The translations under genes were made by a program, and so were the position numbers. 64,000 nt of DNA from Yuukianura sp. NJ FZ-2021 (Eukaryota). Shown one piece after another: positions 1 through 23,280 of the stretch; the first letter of the stretch is position 1, and every line of letters starts with the position of its first letter. The stretch is from NCBI GenBank assembly GCA_046563655.1, contig CM102286.1:4836001-4900000 (forward strand). The letters run 5' to 3'. The notes below the pieces were generated by a model. That model was not told the DNA's origin, searched no databases, and saw nothing but the letters and a program-made list of their open reading frames with translations.

Positions 1-9
1 CTGCATTAC

Positions 10-3329
<3,320 letters not shown>

Positions 3330-5374
3330 TTTCAGCTGAGTTTTGTCTCGATCGAGGATGAGGATTGGAGGAGATGGATTCCCAGTACCGATTTCATGCA
3401 AGAATCGACCTTCCCCGTCTCCATTCCCTGAGAAGCGTGCCCTTCAAATCGATCGATTTGTAGCCTCGAGTCTGAAACAAAAATTGTGAATATGAGTATT
3501 GCGTGCGAAAATGATGGATCAGAGCACAACACAAACTAAACTGAAATGCTAATACAACATGCTACTTAATGACAGTACAACACAAACATTGCAATAAGAA
3601 GGCATATTCAGCTGGATAACATTGTTACCGTCTACGGCTATTAACTCCACCCGGCGGAGATCTAATCTTCTCAGCAATTGATTGAACACATTGTTGCGTT
3701 TGGGAAAGAATGCAAGTAGTATCCAAGTAAAATCCAAATTTAAAATTGATGAGGAATGGTAACTCGAACTCACTGTTGTAAAAATCTGCTAAACCATCTG
3801 CCTACTTGCACAACACATATAAATATCGATCATTTAACACAACGTTCTATTTCGGAATACAAAATGGATAAGTAATGATGGTGAGTTTACTTGATCTTTG
3901 ATAATACAGAATCCTCCTCCGTCTGCGAAATTGAAGATGATTATAAGAACTAAACAATAGTTTTCTAACGTCTCCTACTGAAAGCAGTTTTGATAAGTCA
4001 CTTTTAGAACCCTGCTCCCTCCTTATTTCCTGGATATTCGTCGGATTTGCATTTGGTTATATCCTCAAGATGTGCGAGTGCGAATAGAATGAAAGAACAA
4101 AACAAGAGAATAAAAGAAAAGAAATGAATTTGAACATTGCATTGATTAAAAGTCACTTCGCTGAAGTTGCACGACAGATCCAAATGCTTCAACACACAAG
4201 AGGAGGTCTAACCCATATCCAAACATACTTTACTACACCTAAGATCAAATTATGGGGGAAAATTCGTTGCAATATGATGTAGCAGTATTCAGCGCTATCC
4301 TCTACAATCAATGGGATCTGTTAAAAAAGTTATCCGTTAGAATTCATGCAAAACCAAATACTGCAAAATATGAGTTTCAGAATACCTTCAGTGGCATTAA
4401 GTAACAAGCGAAAAAAAAAGTTGTGCAAAAAATGACGTAAAAGGAATTTTACGCCAAGAGCACCGTGGCAAGTAAAAGAATAATAGCGGGTTCTGTGTTA
4501 CCTCACTAAAGTGTATCTCAAATGTTCAGTTTAAATAAAAGTTATAAAAAAAAAAGAGAAAGAAAGAATTATAATAACCTTATTCTGTCCAAAAATTATT
4601 AATACTTGTCTGGCAATTCAAAAATTTACATAAAAAAGAAGTCAACGCTTAAGTGCAAACCTGTATTAGGCATTTCCTTTGTTAAGATTTTTCATTTCAT
4701 CAATCGGTGCATGCATATCCCAGCACTACCGGGTGTTCGTCAATGGTATCAACGGTGCGGTGAACAGAAAAGTAATCCAATAATTAACTTATAATAGTAA
4801 GTATCATTAGTTACAAAAATAATAATTTTCTTTTGCGTTATTTTATTTTTGAATCTTTGTGTAAAATCTTAGACCAGCTGTTGACATAAAGCAAGTTTAA
4901 AAAATTCGACGCGACTCAGCGTCGTTTTTTTGATTTTATGCTAGTAAAGACGGCGCGGTAATGGAAATCCCCGCATACATTAACATACTAGACGGAACTC
5001 CTTTGAGCTCAAGCGAATTGTGATTGGCGCAGGGCATGGGCAGGAGAAGATTAGACAAAGACAGTTAATTTAGTTGTCGAGATCGGATTATACTACACAA
5101 AAATTCATCAACTGCGTTAATCAGACATTAGATATTCAACGTAATTTGAATTACTTTTGTATTGAATTTATTTTTTACAACCATTTATTTCCAACCGCAC
5201 ATGCCCCGTCCCATTCGCAACGATTTTCGTAGGAGAAACTGTAACCTAGGAATGTCCATGCCTGAGTGGGGAAGTACAGTCGCACGAGTAGCCTATTCCC
5301 TTTCCAGTTAAAATTCAAATTCAAAACAACAACAAAATTTAAAAAAAAAACTTTACTTTGTACTTTATGAACCG

Positions 5375-5459
5375 AACTGAAGGTGTACTACGGTACTTTA
5401 CAGTTAAATCGATTTAAATAACCGCTAAACATTGTATACATGGATTCAGGAGTTCAGTT
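5375..5459. promoter_or_regulatory. Candidate bidirectional core promoter for MLK and pecanex
   Basis: Initiator-like TCAGTT on the minus strand (5380-5375) and plus strand (5454-5459) flank a perfect 14-bp palindrome TTAAATCGATTTAA (5404-5417) with a DRE-like ATCGAT core. It lies between two divergent genes. A plus-strand donor at 5579 and acceptor ending 5888 fit a pecanex 5' UTR intron. Confidence 0.4.
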
Positions 5460-6084
5460 AGTATAAAATATTGTAGTTAACTAACGATTGATGGATTAGC
5501 TACTGTTGTTACTCGTCACAAGTAACTTGAGAACGAAAAGTGATATCATTTGAGATTTGAGATCTGCGAATGCGATAGGTAAGGTACTCACTAATTAATG
5601 TAATGCTTAAGTTTGTAAACAATATTGAAGAAACGCTGTCCATTTTTTATTTACTGATTTCTGCATCCATGCCCGCTTCAGCAGTGAATCGACATTCGGG
5701 AATTTAATCGAGAAACACGCAGCAGACTAGTCGCCCAAGTCCCAACAAACAATGCACATTTATTTTGTACAAATAATTTATATTACTTTGTAACGTTCAT
5801 TTTGTTATTTTGATTAACTTTGGCTGGTTACGATTTTTATTGTATTGCTGTACATTAATTGTTTGTTTCCTCTTTTTTCTTGTATAGATTGGTCAGTTCA
5901 ACTAAGCGTACTACGTCGTACGACGAAAGTCTGAAGACAACGAAATTGGATTCGGGTTTTCAGTTGGTTTTAACTACATAGGAAAATTCTTCTCAAAACG
6001 CTATGTTGTTTTAATGCTGAAGTGATCACAAAGATAGTTTCTTTGCTCGTCGGCTCCTCAAGTCGTCAGCCAACGCAGTTTTAA

Positions 6085-16001
<9,917 letters not shown>

Positions 16002-16039
16002 ACGAACGTTACGCAAAATCTAGAATTCAGCGCAGTATG

Positions 16040-16068
16040 AATAAATATTAACTTTCTTTATGAATAAA
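16040..16068 (+). terminator. Polyadenylation signals of pecanex
   Basis: Two AATAAA hexamers (16040-16045, 16063-16068) about 40-65 nt after the stop codon, followed by a T-rich tract. Confidence 0.6.
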
Positions 16069-17501
16069 GTAAATTAAAACTTTCTTTTTTTTTAACTGTT
16101 CTTGCATGGATAAGTTAGTGTGGGGAGAAAAGTTCCAGCATTTACGTTCCCCTTGTTCAGGAACGAGATTAAGTGGATCTATTTTTCAGTATTTGAAGCT
16201 ATTTATGAAATCTAGAAAACGGGAAATCAAATGTGGAGTTCATCTGAACAAGGCTGTGCGTCGCACGATAGGCAGAAGAAGACGAGTGTGACGAATGACG
16301 GAGGCAGATGCTGCTGCTGCTGTGGTACTTTGGAGTGAAAGTTTCTTCTTGCTTTCACCTGGATGAAAGTCTTAGAGTGAAAGTTAGGCGCGAGGAGGAC
16401 AAGACAAGGCTGTTTCCTTAGATAAAACCTATTTTGAGAAACTCTGACTTGATAGAACACTTTCCCTTCTCCCACATCCGCATCCATCTTTCAAACCATT
16501 CCTGAAAAGTTTTGTTTAAACTTATTACAAGGAGTTCTGGTAGCCTAACCTTATCCAGTTTGCCCTGAGGTTACTTTCTCTATGTCGTCGTCTCGGATTT
16601 TCGGACTTATCCGCATACTTTCAGTCCAGACAGAAGTTTCTAGTAGAAAATTGCTCGGGAGAATCCTCTGTGACACAAGACAAATTATATGATTATTACA
16701 AGGGAAATAAGTTTCATCTACAAATTAGTTCTTATTGTGCTCGTTTTACTTACTGTGAGTTGAGAGTTTTTGAGAAAAGCTTTTTTTCTCTTCTTCGTTT
16801 CAACTTCAAGAGAAAACCTGCTTTCTCCTCCATCCAAGTTTCACTCGTAGAAAGGAGAAAGAGAGAAGCTAAACTCATTTCCTCAACTCTCACTCCATTT
16901 CCAAAATGCCATTTCTCCGTAGCATTTCCACCAACTTTCTCTGGGAGAGAGAAAGTTGGAAGGAATCCCAACATTTTAGACTAATAAAACCTCATTCCAG
17001 TTTTCTTCTTGCGCTCAAGGATTAAAAGGAAGTTTCTCAAGAGTACTCCCTCTTTATTCTACCACTTAATTGTAGAGATGAAAGAGGCAGATTTCCCGTA
17101 TAAACGGAGAGAGCAGACGACGACTCTCTCGACTCAATTAGAAAACAAATTCATTTGATTTTCTAACTTTTTAAACACAAAACAGTAGTAAGAAAAGGAG
17201 TGGAATGAAATTCATATGTTAAGTTGTAGAAAAGCGTAGGCTAAAAGGACGACATGCATCATCCACCAGGGCAAAGAAACAAAGCCCTGTCAAGTAATTA
17301 TTCAACAAAAAGTTAGTGAAACAAATCTAAGAGCTAAAAATACATTGAGAATTCCAAATTCGGAATAGCTTCGGTTCATTCAGGCATCACAGTTGAAAAT
17401 GACGTTTGTTGGCTTTGAGGAAGGAAACATTTCTTCTTCAGTCTTGAACTTTGCAAAGTACGGCAGGTTCAATTTCATTTTTCTTCTAAACCAGGTCTAC
17501 G

Positions 17502-19084
17502 TTATACTCTTCCAGGAAAATCCGGTTGAAAAGTATTGAAGTGTAGCTCTTTCAACAATATTCCAATATCTTGAATCTCGATATGCTTAGTTTTGATTTT
17601 CGTAGATGCTTCTTCACTAGGAATTGGTTTTCCAGGGAAAAAAGCTGGACCGCCGGCGCGAAAGACTCGAGGATTGATGCTGCGACTGAGTTTGTAAACG
17701 TTTGAGTAGTGAAATCCGAGAATATTCCAGTAATATTCTTCTGTTGTACTGTACCCATTCTGCAGCAAAGTTTCGTGTTGTGTAGCTTTGGCGTACTCAT
17801 TATCGGCATCCCATATGTCGCCAAGCTCCTTAAAACCAAAAACAAATTAGGCGTGTCATTTAAATTTAAAAAGCAAGGTTGTATTTTACTTACTCTGAAA
17901 GCCACAGTAAAGATTGTGTGTACAAAGGTTAGAGTCTCCGGCTCATTCCGATGAACCACTCTATAAGCAGCCAGAAAATCAGCAAGCGTCAACTTCACAC
18001 GAAACAACAAATCGTTGTCTAAGAACTGAGCCATTGGACTACCCCATGCAACCCGCTTCTCTACGATTGTCTTCAGAATTGAGCAAATAGTGTAGAATGA
18101 ATACAAATTCGGGCAGTCACCGCTCAGGATCAACTCGGTAAAGAGACGAGGGATGAAACGGGTATCGGCGTTTCCAGTTCCCTGAAGGAAAAAATAGGCA
18201 AGCATCTCACTTGCTCGCAGTATTTTTCTTAAATCAGTTTCCAGTCGTAGGAGAGTTGACCTCAAGTAGTACATTTTCCCAATTCCAGGTTTCTTCGCTG
18301 CTCCAGCTTCCACCTCTTCTGGACTAGGGAATTTTGTCTATAAATAAAAATTAACAGATGAGACAACGAACAAAGATTGTTTCAATGAATTTTTATGAAT
18401 GTACTTACACGTAATACTCTACGAAGCAATTTGAAAACAACACAAATAGCTGTGTCGCGGTCAAAGCGTGATTCAAAAACGATATGGTTGAGGATGTTCA
18501 GTGCCGCATCACGGTCCGATTCAGTTCCATTCAAGCCTGTGAAAACCAATTGATGCAATATATAATTGTGGACTTCAAAATTAGCAACCTCCTTGTAGGT
18601 TATCAGTTGGACTAAGTCACGGGATAGCTCAGTGATTTTGGTCTGATCGAGTAACGAGTTCCGTTGCAGAAGAAGTGCTTTGTTGATTACATCCCCCACT
18701 GCGCTTCTCACAAACTGAAAGAAAAAACAAAACAAAGATTACACAAAGCCTTTATTATTCCGCGACTCTAAACTTTAACCATACGCTCCCTTCTATTCTA
18801 ATAAATTCAACGAGGCAGAGCTTTCGAGCTATCCGTAAATTCTCTTGTCACACACAAGAGCCTCTGCGTATAATTGAAACTGATTAAAATGCATTGCGGG
18901 AGCATACTGTACTGTACATATCTAGTACTTAAGTAACATAACAACAGTGTTCAAAGCAACAACATCGCAGAGGTCACTAACTCACCAGACACACATTCTT
19001 CCTTACACCTCCTTCTGACCATGAGTTTGCCATTTCTTCCGAGGTCACCTTGTCAGGAACCAAGTTTTCAGTGTCGAGCTCCAT
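17502..19084 (-). CDS. Uncharacterised protein of about 400 aa, probably mostly alpha-helical
   Basis: In-frame GT-AG exons 18714-18409 (FVRSAVGDVINKALL...LLRRVLR), 18337-17894 (TKFPSPEE...IFTVAFR) and 17828-17502 (ELGDIWDAD...PDFPGRV*). Probable first exon starts at ATG 19084 (MELDTENLVPDKV...), with donors after 19007 or 18986. A small exon near 18840-18785 is possible. No family recognised; both ends uncertain. Confidence 0.7.
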
Positions 19085-20511
19085 TGATTTCGATGATTCT
19101 TGATTTAAGTACTATTCACCGGGAGACGTTTACGTTGGCGAATGATGACGATGGTCGTCGTTTGGTTACGGATGTTTGTGGTCCGCTCCACCGTCGTGGT
19201 CTGGTATTCAAATGGACAAAGGTCAAGGTCAATTACGACTTCACAAGTTGATGTCAATCCCAATTTCAAAACGCTGTTGTCCTAAGCAGGTGAAGTAACT
19301 AGAAGAAGAAGATAGGCGTAGCGACGTAGATGATGAAAAGCTGACAGAAATGTCAAAATGAAGTGTTCATAATTTCATTCATTCAAATTGAAATTGTGTC
19401 AGTATTTCGTATTTGTCAACAGAAAAGAAAAGGCAAAAGGAGGCGGAAAATTTTCAATTCTACAAAAAATTACCGCGTTTTTTTTAGGAAAATCAAAGCG
19501 AACAAATAAAAACGAGACAGTTACTATTTTGTATTTTCAATAAAGTATGCATTCTCCCGGGGAATTTTACAATTCCAACTAACAAAAAGAGCAGCAATTC
19601 CTTCATACTTATAAAATCAATTAATGTTTCAAATCGAAATGTCAAATTAATTGCACTTCGATTTAGTTATCCAACTATTTCGTTAGACGTTGGCCAGCCA
19701 CAATTTCTTTTTCTCTGCAGAAAATATCTATGGGTTCGCTTTTTCCATTTCATTTTTCAGCAACTTATTTTTTTATATATTAATATAGAGAAACATATTC
19801 GAATGCAAAAAGAATAACATAGAATGCTACTTTTTATGATTTGGCAAAATTGCAACGCGGTACACGTCAAATACAGCAGACGTATTGTGTCGAACAAACC
19901 GAAAACCGGAGGAAGTGAAAACCCGCTGTGAATTGAATTGCAATTTCAATGTAAAATGTGTTGGCGATAGAATTGGTGAAATGCCTACTTTCTTTAGTAG
20001 GTGAAATTGAACTTGTTAGCTAACAGAACAGATTTTTAAGGGGTAAAGTAGAAGCATGAAAGAACAAGAGGAAACCCGTAGTACAGGAAGAATCATGTCC
20101 AGACAATACAAGATTTTATTTTTATCCAAGGGCTCCTTCGTCTTTTCCTGGGGCAAAAGTTTGACCTTTGCTAACCATGAACTACGAAGATGGCATTGTT
20201 CCTTTTAAAAGAAAATAGAATACCGTAAAACTCCTAATACAGGTCTCGTTCCACTAGACGCAGTGTATCTTTCAAACGCCACGGGTAAAACTTCGGATTT
20301 TGAATTAGCTCGTGGTGTTTATAAGAAGTTTTACGAAGGTAAAGTGAAGGTTGTTTAAAAATTCCATTTGAACAGGGGCCCTTCAAGGCCCCTCCTCTTC
20401 TACCCTTTCTTAGCCACCGTTCAAGTCAATTTTTGAAAGTGTTTAGTACTTAACTTGTAAGGATCGAGACTAGGCTAACAACAATTGTCTCACTTCTGAA
20501 AAACTTTGAAA

Positions 20512-21108
20512 ATGGAGACTTTCACAGAATCAAAGGTAAGGAGAAATAAATTCGTTAAAATAAGGAGAAACTTTCTCTTTAATTGAATTTCTTTGTTTGG
20601 CCTTACTAAACTAAATGGCTGTTCCAATTGATATTCTTTTTCCAAAAACTAGTGAAGCTTAACAAAAGACTTTGGTTAGGCTTCGTTTCCTGTGAGGTGT
20701 TGAAAGCGGGTTACCAGCGTGTCGTGAATAATTTTGTTTTCCAGGATCCCAGCGTGGTTACGGATGCCGCTGGCAGAGAAAGCCGCAGTATGGAGCCCTA
20801 CTCTATCGTTTTTTATTGGATTGGATGGATTGCCGTGGCCTATTTAGTCATCTATGTCTTGGCCGTTTTTGTTGGACCAGCCATATTTGGAACAAGAGGT
20901 GACTACCCGTTCTACTATGGACGCAGTCTACGGACACGCCGCCATCTTGAAGTAATTAAAACCTTCGACAACACCTAAATTGACCTTGTCCTAAAACTTT
21001 CACTGTGCCAAAACACTATGGCTCTAAACGCCCTTTTCTTTTTATTACTAGGAAAGTAACTTGAGACTTGTTGCTAAAGTCATTCCAGCTCTGGAAAAAC
21101 AGCATTGA
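20512..21108 (+). CDS. 95-aa single-pass membrane microprotein
   Basis: Three phase-0 exons with canonical sites (20512-20535, 20745-20951, 21052-21108) give METFTESK-DPSVVTDAAGRESRSMEPYSIVFYWIGWIAVAYLVIYVLAVFVGPAIFGTRGDYPFYYGRSLRTRRHLE-ESNLRLVAKVIPALEKQH*, with one clear hydrophobic segment. Confidence 0.75.
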
Positions 21109-22029
21109 ATTAACGTCTGGAGTAATCAAGATACTGGGCTTTGTTCTACTTAATTCTGAAGAACTGCACAACGTATTCCAGCCAAAGGAAACTTTCTTAC
21201 TGCAATAATAGTTGTTGGAATTTAAATTTTATTGTTTATGTAAAATATTTTAAAGAACAAGTAAAAAACACTCAGGCTTTGCCTCATACCAGCAATTTTT
21301 TCTAAAATATCAAAAACGCTTTTGAGAAGTTGTAAAGAAACGTTTCGGTTTAGCATAAGGAAAAAGTTCCAATTTTTCTTCTTTAGCTTGGTGATGGTTT
21401 TTGACTCTTTTGACATGAAGACAAAGGCAGACCCTTCTATTAAAAAAAAAAGTTAGCTTTTGTCCAAAGTTATTGTTTTCAGTGCTAAAATGCGGAAAGC
21501 GACAAAAATATTTGAAACAGGTAGCACACCAACCCGAAAAGTTGAAAAAAAATCATTTTCACCCTGACTGAAAATTAAATTTTGGAATATCGAGATTTTT
21601 CTTTTCATTTTGTCTTTTATGCTGTCAACTCAAAGTTCTCTCTTTCTCAATTTTTTTTTCGACCTCTGGCCTTTTTGTTGTTCAAGATTGAACTTCAGAA
21701 CTTCTTTGAACCTTAGCATAAGTTGGTGCGGCGATTCAAAAATCATAAATATTCAACAATTTCTTTTTAGTTTTGCCTTCAAAGTCAAAAAAACATCAAA
21801 TCGGCTGTATCTAACCACACATGCCAGTACGTGCTATCCGATTTTAAAAACGGAGATTTCTTTTTAAAAAGCAAAAAGGAAATGAATGATTGCAATTTCT
21901 ATACATGTGTATGAAATGTGTATGTAATGTTTTACTTTTCATAACCATATTTCATCTCCATTGATTCAAATTTGTAGTTCAAGGAATCGACGAAATTTTT
22001 GGCACGACCCAAAGAAATGTCGTTGTAAC

Positions 22030-23280
22030 CTAAAAATAACTTCTACTGAAAACATAGGTTTGATTTCCTTTCTGTGATCTTCCCTGTAGCCACCGCCTTA
22101 AGTTTCCATTTCCAAAGGCAACCTTGGTGGCATCATTTCCTCCAACGTGGCGTCCATTTACAAACACATTCGGCCACGTTCGCATTCCCGTCTTCCTCCA
22201 AAGGGCTCCTCTCAACAGCTCCACTTTATCTGTCTCAAACAAAGGGTTCTCAATTTAAAAAAGCGCTTTTAAAATTTGAAGCTATTAGACACACACACGG
22301 GGTACTTTAAGGTAGTATTGCATGATTCCCTGACGCTTATAGACGCTCACTTCTGTACCAGTATTCTTTAGTTACGTTTCGTTATGAACACACGGAATCT
22401 ATTCTAAAATGATTCAAAACACAACGTCCATGACAATACACAGGTGAAAGTCCAGAAGTGAAAGTCCGGAAGTTAGCGTCCATGAACGTCCAGTTACGTT
22501 GTTGGATGTGCACTTACAGGGTTCCAGCTGGTCCACTTCCACTGCCGTGTACTTCTCACCCAGGTGATCAAAGATCCGTTTGGTCTAAAAACCACAAAGG
22601 AAAAGAGCATTGAAGAAGCTGAAAATGAAGCCTAGGAGCTTCAGGAGGGCCCTTGGAAGTCTAAATGAATTAAGTGGAAACCTCTTGGCAGTAGCTGCAT
22701 GTACTTCTCCCAAAGATCAGAACCCTTTCCCTCCTGATCAGCCCCTCAACAAATCCATCAGCATCTGAGGCAAAAGAAACTTCCTTTAACAATCTCTCCA
22801 TGACTTGGATAATTCAAAATCTGTTCAAACAGGAACATGAAAATCTTCTTCCATGTGCCTCCGTTCTCACCAAGGTGACACCTCAACGTCGTTCCTGGAC
22901 CACGCCATCTTCCTCCGCGTCCACACCGTAACACGAGCTCAAGGGGCCCATTACTCTTGTAAAGCATTTGACACCTCATTCTTGCCAAAGTTCGATCCGG
23001 AACCATTTCGGGACAGTTCGAATACTGCCCGCTCGATGAAGACAGGCACTGGACCTCAACTCCCTTCAAAAGTACCAACAAAAATACAAAAACACCATAA
23101 CCTAAAAAATTCCCTTTCAGTTTGAACACATTGTGACTTTAAGCATTATGAACGAGCCCTTAAGGGCTTGACGTTTACCTGTGTTGGACTCAGCTTCGGG
23201 CAAAACATGGTCCCTTGAACAGTACAAATGGATAATCCCAGCAGCAGTAAAGACCAATTGACCCTCGTAGCACTTGACAT
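22030..23280 (-). CDS. Signal peptide + Sushi/Wonton-like six-Cys module + dithiol glutaredoxin (CSYC), about 214 aa
   Basis: Exons 23280-23179, 23063-22871, 22764-22682, 22584-22518 and 22229-22030, all GT-AG, total 645 nt in one frame. Signal peptide MSSATRVNWSLLLLGLSICTVQG; module CPKLSPTQGVEVQCLSSSSGQYSNCPEMVPDRTLARMRCQMLYKSNGPLELVLRCGRGGRWRGPGTTLRC; glutaredoxin FVEGLIRRERVLIFGRSTCSYCQETKRIFDHLGEKYTAVEVDQ...ALWRKTGMRTWPNVFVNGRHVGGNDAT...GNLRRWL. The glutaredoxin call is firm; the extreme C-terminus is less certain. Confidence 0.85.
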
